From Octopus sinensis (taxonomy: Eukaryota): a DNA stretch of 64,000 bases. Below, in pieces: positions 12,925 through 26,310 of this stretch. The position numbers were made by a program, and so were the translations under genes. Under the pieces are notes generated by a model. It had not been told where the DNA came from. It searched no databases and was given only the letters and a program-made list of their open reading frames with translations. Each line of letters begins with the position of its first letter. Position 1 is the stretch's first letter. The DNA lies in assembly GCF_006345805.1 (NCBI RefSeq), contig NC_043005.1, positions 107,446,001 to 107,510,000 on the forward strand. Reading direction: 5' to 3'.

Positions 12925-14668
12925 ATGTATATTTTTAAAAGTTTAATAAAAGATAAAAGTAAAACACTACGATCATATATATATACATACGCACATCCAC
13001 ATACAAATCCACACACATATATGATATAATGTAATATAATTCAAAAATATTCATGTGCAAAAGTTTTGTACAAAAATATCTAAAAAGGTTTTAAAGATGT
13101 TAAACCACTGCTTTTTTTGTGACTGAAAGTTTTAACCAGATGTGAATGCAAAGCATTTTTGTAATATTTTTTCATCTTGCAAAATAAGTAATATTGCCCT
13201 TATATACCACACAGAGAAGTAAAATATCCTTTTCTTTTTGTGACCCACCACAAGAAATTTTAACAGATTGTAACTTATATATCAAACATAAACTAAAACG
13301 TACGAATTGTGCTTACACAAGTTTGGTTCCTATGCGTTTATCTGCGGTGTGGTGTAATATTAAAAAAAAATATATACTAATGGTTTAGGTATGTAATTTT
13401 AAAATAATACCATCTTTTCTTAGCCAGAGAAATGAGAAGTAAATGTGCATTAGTGTTAAGCAGTTATGAGGACTATGACCTTAATTGTTCTGTTTATGAA
13501 GAATGAGAAAAGATTCTGTTTTTGTACGCATACATTTGCCTGGTTTAATTTGCTGTTCAACGTACGAATCTCATTTTTCGCAAACACCCAAATCATTACA
13601 GTTAATTCTCTTGCTGATCAATTCAGTATTCAAACATCATGATAGAAAGGATATCTGGAAAATATCCTGATATTATAATATTTGAATATTACTGCCCATT
13701 ATGGTTTCTCTACATATAAGATAAAGGAACATGGTAATTGTAGCAACCAAGAGATTGGTCACCAGAATATTGATCTGGCAGGTCTTGGCTATTGGAACGC
13801 TTTACAAACCCCGAACATTATTCACACCAACACCACCATGAGTACTACAGTATTTGTACAAAGTAGAAAATATTCCATCACAGTAACCAAAGATGCTCTT
13901 TTGAAGTTCATAAGCCATCAAAGGCTTGGTTCTTTATTTGGATGAAATCTTCCAAAAGTGCCAAACTTCAGGTACCGGGTTATATTGTTATATTTTGTAT
14001 TTAGGCAAACAACAACTGCCTATTTTAGCGGGCTATAATGTCCTGAAGCATGACGAAGAGTGTACTTCAGGTGGTTCTATTAAGTTACACATAGACTGGG
14101 ACAAAGCCTAAGTACATCAAATTTTGTTTGAATAATCTGACTCACTGTTATATCTGGTTAAAAGTGTTACAGAAAGATACACAATCGAGCACAGCCTCAC
14201 GTACGCGCCACCGTCAAATTCATATAGATATGAGAATTCTTTTACAATCCTACCGAACTCCCGACCACATAGATTGAACTCCTGTATAACATGTCAGCTC
14301 AGATGGAAATATGTACAACCTGAATTTATTCAAGCCTAAATCCCCAACTTCTGTTTTATCATTTACAATAGTAAAAAGTTTGATTCTCCTAAAGACAAAG
14401 TATTTGAGAAGGAGAGACAGAAACATTTTGTTTCTGGAATTTCTAATAGCGGTGTAATAATGAGAAGTGCGCACTCACACATACTTACATAGACATGCAC
14501 ATACAGGTATAAATACACATTTATATGCATGTACGTATGAATGTGTGTATGTTGCACACGTTCGATGATATTTATACATATATATGTGCGTATATATAAA
14601 TATATATATATATTATATATATATATATATATACAAATACACAAATTACACAAATATATATATACGTG

Positions 14669-14700
<32 letters not shown>

Positions 14701-14864
14701 AGCGCCTGTTTGATGAAGTCTAAACCTGTCCGGCCATCAACTATATGATTAAACTAATGTTTTTCACAGACATGTAAAATATAGTTGCATATGTTTATAT
14801 GCAATTATAAATGGATATAGCAACTCAACCCTACCGAACGTGCGTAAGCGAGTGATTCTGTATG

Positions 14865-14920
<56 letters not shown>

Positions 14921-15067
14921 GTGTGTGTGGTTGTGTGTGTGTGCGTATATTTAAACCTATGTGGACATTTTGTATTAGTTTTTCTCGAGACAAAGATATA
15001 CGAGTCAGATACTATCTCCGTGTCCTTCTTGTGCATGTATATATGTATACATATACATACAAACATA

Positions 15068-15099
<32 letters not shown>

Positions 15100-16475
15100 T
15101 ATATATATAATATATATATTAGTGTTTGAATGTGTGTGTACGTATTATGTCTTCGCAAGTGTACAGGTAATCCATCTAAGATTTTGTCTTTCAATTGAAA
15201 CCTTTAATTAAACACGATTAGATGCTTGACCATGTACAAATGCACAAAGAGACGGAAAGGAACAAGCATATGTATCCATATACAAGTATATATGAAAGAC
15301 GTTGTCACATGATCATAATGACACATATGCATAAACGCATATATATTGTATACGTGTGTGTATCTGTGCACGCATACACACACACACATACACACGAAAC
15401 GTATGTATATATCTATATTCTTTTATCTATTTAGCAATCTATCCGTATGTTAGTATATATATATATATATATTATATATTATATATATATATATATGTAT
15501 GTATTATGTATAATATATATATATATAATATATAGATATATATATATATATAATATATATATACACTTGCACATAGCGGGACAATCCGATGTACATGTAA
15601 GTATACATAAACCCTTAAATCGTCATAGACAGACTTAGAAGCATATTGGCGTATTATATATTCAATTATTTTTTCGTTAAAATAATTATTAATAATGAGA
15701 AATCTTGTATGAAAAGAAATTTAGTAAAACGTGAAGAGAATATTCATGAAAACCATAATAAACGCAGTGGACATTGGAGAGTAAGATAGAAAATCAGTGG
15801 ACAGGGATATATTGATATGTAATAGTGAGGTGAAGAGAAAGTAATAGAATTTTTCTGCGTGGGAATGTGATATAGAAAAGAGGGGAATATCTCAGCACGG
15901 CAAGAAATACTTAAATACTGGACCATACTGAGGTAAATTGAAGTATAATCCAACAATTAGCTGACACAGATGAAAAGATTGATATCAATATATAGCAGAA
16001 TGTGCTGATGCTTAAATGTCACTATGATAAAAACACTGACTCAGTGGACTGGGTCTGTCACAAGAGCCATATTTCTTTATTCTTATTTTTATCAGAAACT
16101 TCATGGGTAGAACAGCAAAAGGAAAAAAAAAGCGAAAGAGAGAAGCATAGAAAGAGAGAGGCAGAGAATCATCATAAAGTAAATTACTTGATTTGTGATA
16201 ACTTTTATTGAATTAGCGGATATCATTATCAAATAGTATTTTGGTGGTGCTAATGCAGAATTGGTTAAGTTTCATGTTATTGTTATTTATCTTTTAAAAC
16301 ATATCAGTAAGAGTGTCTCTATATGATCTTTAACTTGACTGGCACTAGCAGCCGAGTACCCTTAAATCACCCTGATATCATAAAACTGTGAGAATACATT
16401 GTAGCCGTATAGATAATGAGATGTTCGGAACTGGAACGCGTTTGATGATATGGGTGTTCAAGCAGCAGTGATATG

Positions 16476-16835
16476 CACGGGCATATGGCGTAGCGGTAAA
16501 GAGCGCGGGCTGATAACACCAAGATTCCGAGTTCGATTCCAGGCAGTGACATGAATAATAATATATAAATGATATATATAATAATAATATATAATGATAT
16601 AATAATAATAATAATATATAATAAATAATCATATAATAATAATGTAATAACATAACAACAGCAACAACATCGAAAATACCTTAGGAGAGAGAACCAAAGT
16701 TCAAAATTTCACCGAAGTGAACCTGGAGGTGAGGTATATCAGCCGAAACGCTGTGCTAACAACCATGAAGATGAGGACAAATATCCTCCGTCAATATGTA
16801 ATAATTACATTTCCTCTCATCTCTTAAATATAGAA
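16476..16835 (+). mobile_element. tRNA-headed SINE-like element with an internal (TAA)-rich tract and a Penelope-like tail
   Basis: GGGCATATGGCGTAGCGGTAAAGAGCGCGGGCTGATAACACCAAGATTCCGAGTTCGATTCC head. Downstream CAGCCGAAACGCTGTG resembles the 3' half of a hammerhead. Confidence 0.55.
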
Positions 16836-17989
16836 CTACTACTACTACTACTACTACTACTAACACTACTACTACTACTACTACTAACACTACTACCTCC
16901 ACCACCACCACCACCACCACCACCACCACCACTACCACCACCATTACTAGTTGTTGTCTTTGTTGTTGTTGTTGTAGTTAGTCGTAAGTTTATAAGATTA
17001 GACCAAGGCCAGACTCCAACTGAGCGAACTCGTGATCAAATTCTTTCCAACCTTAACTATCATGTATTTTATTTCAGACATCATATTCATAAAGACTTCA
17101 CTGTCCAATGTCTTCACCTTTTTAAGTACATCCTATATGCCATGTTGTGCAAAGTGAAGAAGCATAATACAGTTTGAATGAGCTCTATTTTGTTTCTGCA
17201 ATCTAGAATCCTCAACCGAGTTTAGTTTCCTAATAAGCATTGTTGGGAATATATCAACGCATCAATGATTTTATGAGTAAGAAATTCCTTCTGCAGACTC
17301 GCAGTCCCAGCCTCCGTTCAGCTGTTAGGTATTGCAAGAAAAGGCTTCCTTTCCTCATATCCTTGATTCGATCCAAAGCTCTCAGTGTGAAAATTGGTAA
17401 ATGGTGAAATTTAGTTAAATGAAACTGTGAGAAAATACGTGTAGCGTCTGTACATGTTCCTGGATTATAAACATTGACACCAAGCTTAAATCCATCGCTT
17501 CACCAATGTGTGAATTTTAGCGGAGCTTATTTTGTTGCAAACATTCAGTCAGGTTTCTGGTCTTTATAACGCCTTATAATGCATTTAGAAAGTTCTACAC
17601 CGACATTGATGTGTTCAATGAGACCAGTAGCATTATAGTTCTATTAATGATCATTGACATGTTTTCATTGACGGTTATTAATAATAGGCATTGACATAAT
17701 TTCATTCATAAGCAATGTTTCATGAAGTGCTGAGGATTTTCGACTGAGAAATATGGATTTGTTAAACTGAAGTCTAGTGACACGTATTTAGTGACGAGTA
17801 ATTACATATTTCCATTGACAGATAATGACTGGTATTGGCATGTTTCTACTGACAAAAATGTGACTTATTATATTCTCTTATATCATAAAATAGAGTACTA
17901 ATGAATAGACGATACGCTTGAAATAATCCTAATCGTATTTTAAACAACATGAAACAGTAAAATTACTGTTTTAAGAGGCCACTGAGTCT

Positions 17990-18420
17990 CTATCCGGCTG
18001 CGTTAGTTTCCGGCTGTTACGCCAAGTGTACTTGCAAGTAATTCGCGCTCTTCACATTTTTGTTCTTACCAAACGCATCGGACAAAGATATTTCATCAAG
18101 TATTGCAAAATGCCTGGCAATACTCAAGCTCAAACTATCCAGAAGATTCAGCAAGCATTTGGAAGTGATGCCATGCGTGAAACTCAGATCTCGCGTGGAA
18201 CAATCACTTCAAATATGGTCTCACCACAAGCCGAAACAAGGATTTGATTGAGAATGTTCGGCAAATAGTTATGGAAGACCCTCGCTTAACAGTCCAGGAA
18301 CATGCTCACGAAGTAGGAATAAGTACAACATGAGGGCATATCATTGCTACGGAGGATTTGTGCGTGCGAGGAGTGTCGGCGATATTCATTCCCAAAATGC
18401 TGTCGCAGACTTCACTGTTT
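17990..18420 (+). pseudogene. mariner transposase N-terminal (HTH) remnant
   Basis: QRYFIKYCKMPGNTQAQTIQKIQQAFGSDAM, then in another frame LIENVRQIVMEDPRLTVQEHAHEVGIST and EDLCVRGVSAIFIPKMLS (WVPHEL-equivalent linker). Frameshifted. Confidence 0.8.
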
Positions 18421-18463
18421 TATATTAAACGCAACTCGTACGCAAACGTTATATATATATATA

Positions 18464-18694
18464 TATTTCTTTATTTCCCACAAGGTGCTAAACATAGAGG
18501 GGACAAACAAAGACAGACAAAGGGATTAAATCGATTACATCGACCCCAGTGCGAAACTGGTGCTTTATTTATCGACCCTGAAAGGATGAAAGGCAAATCG
18601 GCCTCGGTGGAATTTGAACTCAGAACGTAACGACAGACGAAATACTGCTAAGTATTTCACCCGTTGCGCTAAAGTGTCTGCCCGCTCGCCACCT
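18464..18694 (-). mobile_element. SINE family A inserted in a (TA)n tract
   Basis: Full reverse-complement copy flanked by TA-rich sequence. Confidence 0.9.
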
Positions 18695-18699
18695 AAATA

Positions 18700-18728
18700 T
18701 TTATATATATATATATATATATATAATA

Positions 18729-18776
<48 letters not shown>

Positions 18777-18814
18777 ATTTATATACATTTATATATATAT
18801 ATATTTATATATTT

Positions 18815-18850
<36 letters not shown>

Positions 18851-18893
18851 CATTTTATATATATATATATTTATATATTTATCATTTATATAT

Positions 18894-18935
<42 letters not shown>

Positions 18936-18944
18936 TATATATAA

Positions 18945-18987
<43 letters not shown>
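18700..18987. repeat. Long imperfect (TA)n microsatellite
   Basis: Read directly from the sequence. Confidence 0.95.
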
Positions 18988-18990
<3 letters not shown>

Positions 18991-19949
18991 ACGTGCTTTC
19001 CTACATACATACAATTAAAACTTACCTCAAAGGACACTCGGTTCATTTAAGCAGAGCGCGCCATTTATATCTTCCAAGAAAATGCTAACAATGGCCTTGA
19101 ATCATTTCAGTGCAGAAACCTAGATGTCGCTGTCGACCATACATTCACTGTGAGCATATCTGTAAATGTGTGTGTCAGTGTATCCGTGTATGCTTGCTTG
19201 TGTGTATTTAAATAAGAAGGAAACATTCTTTAATGTATTTCATGTCAGAAGAAAACAAATACATGCAAGAATGAATGGTCATGGATGGAGCGCCTTTGAT
19301 CAGATATATGTTTACTCAGGAATTACCGCGGGCTAAACGCAAGATCTACAAAGACTTCATATCCAATATACCACAATATATCAACTCTTCCTTAATAACT
19401 ATAAACTTGATGAAAATCCTATTTCATTGGTTTACCTCCGTTTTATTTCATTATCGCTGATACCTTTTTTAAAAATATTTTCACATTTTATTGAGTCTTG
19501 TTAACTTTATGTATAATGTTCTTCTTCCTATCTTTATCATCATGTTCATAATTTTTATTCCACGATATTTTATATCTATTTTATGTATTTAATTGTATTT
19601 CTTATTTGCGAGATATATTTACTTTTCATACATGCGTGTGTCTGTGTGCTCCTGCGTATGCGTTTGCATCAGCAGGCATAATTTTTTTTCGATCTTCAGT
19701 TTCTTTTATATTTCTTATGAAATGGCATTAGGAGAGTTCTTTCATGGGATTATATGATATTGTGGCCTCCAGACTTTCATGGAGCAAGGACAGGAGAGAA
19801 AATATTGGAAACAGATACACAGGCGCGCGCGCACACCCACAGACACTCTCTCTCACACACACACACAAATCATTCTCAACCGCACATGTGCGTACATATA
19901 ATAAGTACAACACAACGCATGAATATACACACATGCCACAACGTTTCTA

Positions 19950-20048
19950 TGATATATATACATACATTAATACATATATTATATATCACATATAGATATA
20001 AATATCATATATATATATATATATATATTATATATACATATAATAATA

Positions 20049-20081
<33 letters not shown>

Positions 20082-20107
20082 GTATTATATACATACATAT
20101 ATATGTG

Positions 20108-20150
<43 letters not shown>

Positions 20151-20571
20151 GTACATGCATACACACAAATATATATAGAAGTATATACATATGTGTGTAT
20201 ATATATAAGTATATATGTGTAGATATATGTATGGATACGTGTGTGTGTGTGTGGATATAAGTAAGTATGTGCCTTCGCGCATTTATTTGTGTTATTGTTG
20301 TTACTATAGCAATTAGTGGTGGTGGTGGTGGAAGTAGAAATATAGTTCAAGCCGTAGATGATTATTATAAGATGTTGTGATGAGTTAGTGGTGTGTTAAA
20401 AAGAATGATGTGGAGAATGGGAAGGAATCAGAAGTAATTTTCTGTGTATTAATACAGAGAAAATCGCTAGAAAAAGTAAAGCCTATATATTTTTCATCGT
20501 CATCAAATATATATGACTAGGATTATATATACATAAACACATATACATACATGTACACATATATACATATA

Positions 20572-20606
<35 letters not shown>

Positions 20607-20611
20607 ATATA

Positions 20612-20685
<74 letters not shown>

Positions 20686-20998
20686 GTATATATATGTATA
20701 TATATGCGCATATGCGTGTGTGTGCTTGTGAGTGTGTGTTTTTTGTAAATATATATTGAAAGTGAAGTGGTAAGTAAGGAAAGAGGGGTACACAGATGAT
20801 TTCTCTTAATTTAGCACTTACGTACTGATTGCAGATTTTGGTCACCTCCCCCTCCCCAACCTCACAACCATGCAAACTACTACACACACATATGTATACA
20901 TACATACACATACGTATCTATACAATTGCATAAAAACATACACACATATAGCAACATATATACACTTACATACCGACATACGTGCATACATACATGCA

Positions 20999-21065
<67 letters not shown>

Positions 21066-21118
21066 GTATGTATTTATATATGTATGTATATAAGTATGTA
21101 TATATATATATATATATG

Positions 21119-21167
<49 letters not shown>

Positions 21168-21668
21168 ATATATATATATATATGTATGTATATATATATA
21201 TGTATGTATATATGAGCGTACATCCACTCACACAATTGCTATAACTTTCTCTGATATTATTTATATTCACTTAATGATTTTTGCTTTCTAAACTGCACTT
21301 TACATTTTCTTCTGTTCTGTGAGACTTCCTGGGGTGATTTATTCAAGTCTCTGTTCTCAGGAACCATGGAAATAGACATACAGATACAAGCACATATATG
21401 CACACTGAAACACACACACACAGATAGACACACGCGTACATGAGCCATACGCAACCTCATAGATACATTAAACACACACCAAGCAATCTTTTGTTTTCTT
21501 AAATACACGCACATTCTCACACATGCATACACACACACACACACACACATACACGTATATATAATCGTTAATAACTCATACACGCCATTCACCTTTCTAT
21601 GTGCCTATATACTACCGTTTCCCCACACGCGCAACGTTACTATATATATATATATATATATATAAATA

Positions 21669-21712
<44 letters not shown>

Positions 21713-21816
21713 TTATGTGTGTTGTGTAGTGTGTTACATATATATATATATATCTATATATACTCACACACGCATATATATACATGTATATATATATATA
21801 TATATATACATGCGCG

Positions 21817-21900
<84 letters not shown>
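19950..21900. repeat. Series of (TA)n/(TACA)n/(CA)n microsatellite blocks
   Basis: Read directly. These blocks account for the many YIYI/HTHT ORFs. Confidence 0.9.
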
Positions 21901-21905
<5 letters not shown>

Positions 21906-23380
21906 AAGTATGTGTGTATGTATAAGGTGAAATTGAGCGATTTCACTGCTATATTCTGTAAATTCTGTTTGACTAACATTTATGCCTCATTATAACTTCT
22001 CCATTTGTAAAGTATGGAATAATTCGTTCAACTTTCTTTTACCAGCATATTATTGTTATTATTGTTGCCATCGCTCAGCCCCAGGTCATCCTAGGTTTTC
22101 CGGACGTGACATGTCCCGGATTTTGTCTTTAGAGCTTTGCAAATTTTACTTATTTCCGTGTTCTTCCGTTTTGGGAGACTTGCTATTATTTGAAGGTGAT
22201 CATACAACTGAGAAGTATCTCTCTGTCACAGGTAAAGATATTTTCAAAGTTAAATGTATTTACTCCTAGTTGGAACTTTAAAATCTATGCTATTCCATTC
22301 TCTTCCGTTTGATTGTCATAACATTCTGAAGGCCGTACAGTGTTGTGGCAGGAGTCTAGAGCTCAGCATAAACCTTCTTACATGAAATAATCGATTTGTA
22401 ATCTTTACCATATCTAAAAATGAGAGGATAAGCATTACGGTATAGATACCTTCATAGCTTTGAGTCGGGGGCTTAAGAAGAGTGCTATCCCTTGCAAAAT
22501 ACTAGGGCTTTCATCGCTTCAATTTTTGTATTTGTCGTCCACAAGATAATGTTCTGTCACTGTAGCCTCCTAAGATGCATGCACACAAGTTCTGTGTACT
22601 AATAGCATTTTCAAAATATTGCAGGTTTTGCCGTCTGACGTAATTGCCAGACGGCAAAACTTTTCGTTACACCCCTAAGACCTCTAAGACTGAATATTCC
22701 GTCTGAGTGGACAGCCAATTGATTCTCAACGCTTGTCTGAAGCACATAAACTCCCTCAGTTGCTTGCTGGCAGCTGTTTTTAGTACCCATACTCATAGTA
22801 CTTATACTCATAAAGCACTACTAGAAGATTTAGCTTCTTGTCAAGGGCACACATTTCTTCCTATTTTTTAACCTCAGAGCTGATCCTAGCTACATACTAA
22901 TTAAGTACGATTATAATACATCGATGTTATTCAGTTTGCAGCGACCAGAAGATGTTTCTGAAACGGTAATTTAATCACTGTTCTCAGGAATGCTCCTGGG
23001 TATTAATTACCGAGCAATGTTTGTGAATATATAAAATATGCTATAAGTGCATTTCCTTTTCATGAGTGATTGACTGTCATCATCGTTCTCATCGTCTTCG
23101 TTGTTGTTATATTCGTCAATTTCATTGACTAAGATCATTCCCCCCAAAACATGTTATTAATTATGAGCTGATACTTTAAAAACAAAAACAAACGGATGCC
23201 CCCTACGTTATACATCTATCTAAAATAAAATAAAAACTACAATGACGATGATAAGCTTTGGATCGCACATCCTTAAGATACTAATGGCCAACCAAATTTC
23301 TGTTAGTGTCTATTACAAATTCTGCAGTTTAATAAAATCTATACCTTTCATGTACGCACACAATATATATATATATAATA

Positions 23381-23638
23381 TATCTGTAAAAGTAATATGT
23401 GACAATTATTCGGTAGCCCTGATAATACTCCGAGTTTCGGATGCCGAGGTGGAAATCCACGCCGCCATCCCTTCGGTTATCTGGTCATCGGAAAAATGTT
23501 ATGAAAAATGGCCGTTATACACAGGGAAATTATCATGGCTACCGAATAATTGTCACATATTTATTTTATAGATAAATTCCTCTATTTATATAAATTCGAG
23601 GTCTCTTTCATTCTTTTGTTGTCTTACCATTTTTATCA
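23381..23638. mobile_element. Fold-back module 1 of the chain (46-bp arms, hammerhead-like motif)
   Basis: Arms 23381-23426 and 23529-23574. Minus strand 23481-23421 reads GATAA-CCGAAG-GGATG...CATCC-GAAAC-TCGGA-GTA-TTATC (5-bp stem I; core lacks A9). (TA)n on both sides. Confidence 0.7.
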
Positions 23639-23650
23639 ATATATATATAT

Positions 23651-24270
23651 CGCAAAGTAAGGAATGCTACTTTTTTTAGCCCCAAGAAACATCATCTCCA
23701 GCTGGCTATACGACACACTGTGTCCTTATATTTTCGAACAGGACTTTAGCAGTGCATCTGTGCCGAGGAAGGGAAATAACCAAGAAACTACGGTCCACAG
23801 ATATTTGTTTCTTTATCACCCACAAGGAGCTAAACATAGAGGGGGCAAACAAGGACAGACAAACGGATTAAGTCGATTACATCGACCCCAGTGCGTAACT
23901 GGTACTTAATTTATCGACCCCGAAAGGATGAAAGGCAAAGTCGACCTCGGCGGAATTTGAACTCAGAACGTAACAGCAGACGAAATACGGCTACGCATTT
24001 CGCCCGGCGTGCTAACGGTTCTGCCAGCTCGCCGCCTTAGTCCACAGATATTGCTTTGTACTGAGTGTGGATGCTGAACTACCGTGTTCAAAAATATAAG
24101 GATACAGATAGTGTGTCGTATAGCCAGCTGGAGACGATGTTTCCTGGGGCGAAATAACAGTAACATTCGTCCTAACCGGGTCTTCCATATTTTGTTGGCA
24201 AATAATCTTTACCTTAGAGGACTATTACTGAATGTCGTTGAGAGATATAGAAATAATAATGCTTATAAAT
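23651..24270. mobile_element. Fold-back module 2 of the chain (~80-bp arms), interrupted by a SINE
   Basis: Arms 23662-23740 and 24085-24168, then a tail ending CGTTGAGAGATATAGAAATAATAATG before (TA)n. The same tail end recurs at ~25054-25080. Confidence 0.7.
23806..24039 (-). mobile_element. SINE family A, full-length, 13-bp TSD
   Basis: GTCCACAGATATT at 23793-23805 and 24040-24052. Confidence 0.92.
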
Positions 24271-24354
24271 ATTTATATATATATATATATATGTACGTAT
24301 GTATGTAATATATATATATAATATAATATATATATATATATATATGATATATAT

Positions 24355-24381
<27 letters not shown>

Positions 24382-24385
<4 letters not shown>

Positions 24386-24935
24386 AGCGAGAAAGAAACA
24401 ACAAGAATGGATAGGATTTTAGTACAATCTTTCATACAAGGACAGGCTTTATTAAATGTTGCAAAAATTACAGCATATAAACGTGTCCCGTACTCATCAG
24501 CTAAATACATGTGAGTTCTCTAGACATCCTAGTGGTTGAGGCTATACTCATGAAGTAATGTAGATAATTAAGTAACATAAACAGATTTCCAAAGTTCATT
24601 AAAGTTCTTTAAAGATGATGTACAGTCTTATCACAGAATTTTAAAAATTACTTCATGAGTATAGCCTCAAGCACTAGGATGTCTAGAGAACTCACATGTA
24701 TTTTAGCTGATGAGTACGGGACACGTTTATATGCTGTAATTTTTGCAACATTTAATAAAACCTGTCCTTGTATGAAACGATTGTACTAAAAACCTATCCA
24801 TTCTTGTTGCTTCTTTCTCGCTTATAATCACCCCACATTACTGTATTGTTAAAACAGTATAGTTTTTTTTTTGGTGCATCTAAGTTCCGTACCATATTCA
24901 AGTAAATTTATTTAAATTAACTTGAATCTTTATTG
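24382..24935. mobile_element. Fold-back module 3 of the chain (~178-bp arms with two hammerhead motifs)
   Basis: Arms 24382-24559 and 24647-24826 are nearly identical in inverted orientation, with an 87-bp spacer and a ~110-bp tail. (TA)n on both sides. Confidence 0.85.
24701..24791 (+). ncRNA. Type I hammerhead ribozyme, canonical core
   Basis: TTTTAG-CTGATGA-GTACGGGACA...TGTCCTTGTAT-GAAAC-GATT-GTA-CTAAAA. 6-bp stem I and extended stem II; ACGATTGT is self-complementary with G-U pairs. Predicted cut after A24785. The mirror copy on the minus strand at 24417-24505 lacks one C. Confidence 0.8.
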
Positions 24936-25154
24936 CTTTATATATATATATATATATATATTTATACATATAAATGTACGTATGTATGTATGCATATATA
25001 AATATATATATGTATATATATGTATGTATGTATGTATATATGTATGTATCTCTCGTTGAGAGGTATAGAAATAATAATGTTTTATATATATATATATGTG
25101 TGTGTGAGTGTGTGTATACGTGTGTGAGTGTATATGTGTTTGTGTGTGTGCGTG

Positions 25155-25187
<33 letters not shown>

Positions 25188-25536
25188 ATGCGTTAAATGC
25201 CCTTTCAATATGTTTGGAATGTTACCCGCTTTGTGTTGATGAATATCTTGTTGAAGAAAGAGTTAAGATTTTCCTTTGGGTCAGATGTATTCTTTTGGGT
25301 GTCTCCACCTTTGGCCATGTCTGTGGTCACCAGCTCGTGTATGTGTGTCAGTTTGTGCGTGGTGCGGGTGTGTTTGTATGAGTGAGTTTTCGGCGATGTT
25401 TTCTTTTGTGTGCCTGCATGTGTGTGTGAGCGTGCTTGCTTCTGTGTACAGACGCGTGTGTGTGTGTGTGCGTTTTCACGATGTTTTATATCTTGCGTAT
25501 GTGCGTGTGTATATGTGCGTTTTTGTGTGCTTGTGC

Positions 25537-25571
<35 letters not shown>

Positions 25572-25581
25572 GCAGGCATAT

Positions 25582-25612
<31 letters not shown>

Positions 25613-25964
25613 CACATACTAGAAAAAGATTACAGGAATGATGGGAAATATTTTCCAAAACAATAATAGGTTTAAAATTGTCAATTCACTGTCTGAATCT
25701 TAAGTTATAAACTGTATACAGCCTTTCATAATCTATCCCTACAGGATCATTGTGATAGTGACAATATCATGAAAGTCAAGTGAGTCTTTGAGAGGAAAGA
25801 ATTTTGTGCACTCACGAAGTATTTTCATGCGAATAATGGAAATACGATGGAAAAGACGATATTTGTTTACAGTCTAACCAGAATACAAGTAAACATTTGA
25901 TTTTCTTTCACATTAGCAGTTGTTTGATACGCATCGACATACAAATGGTTCGCAGACTAAAATA

Positions 25965-26310
25965 GTGAAAGCGCATGGCTCAGTGATTAGAGCATCGGGT
26001 TCACAATCCGAGGTAGCGAGTTCGATTCCCGGACGGGTAGTGTGCTGTTTTCTTGAGCACGACACTTCATTTCACGTTTGCTCCAGTTCATTCAGCTGTA
26101 GAAATGAGTTGCGATGTCACATGTGCCAAGCTGTATTGGCCCCTTTGCCTTTCCTTTGGATAACGCTGGTGACGTTGAGATTGAAGGATTGTATGCAAGG
26201 GCGACTACTGGTCTTTTATAAACAACTTTGTCTGGACTTGTCCTTCGGAGGGCAACTTTCTCGGTGCAATTCCATGGGGATTCATGATCGAAATGGTTCT
26301 TTACCATTTT
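25965..26310 (+). mobile_element. tRNA-headed SINE (separate body type)
   Basis: GCGCATGGCTCAGTGATTAGAGCATCGGGTTCACAATCCGAGGTAGCGAGTTCGATTCCCGG head followed by TTCTTGAGCACGACACTTCATTTCAC core-like sequence. Confidence 0.7.

Noticed and set aside
16476-16548. tRNA-like sequences here and at 25970-26032 and 36940-37010
   Set aside because: Acceptor stems do not pair properly and each continues into a SINE-like body, so they are SINE heads rather than tRNA genes.
17600-17860. Recurrent CATTGAC motifs suggesting a minisatellite
   Set aside because: Too degenerate to define a unit or period by eye.
19026-19159. Minus-strand exon-like segment with a TACAG acceptor and GAG|GTAAGT donor
   Set aside because: Stops in all three frames and no partner exon. 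It could be non-coding but is unsupported.
24128-24165. CTGGAGA...GAAA in fold-back module 2 as a hammerhead
   Set aside because: The core deviates from consensus and no stem I, II or III can be drawn.
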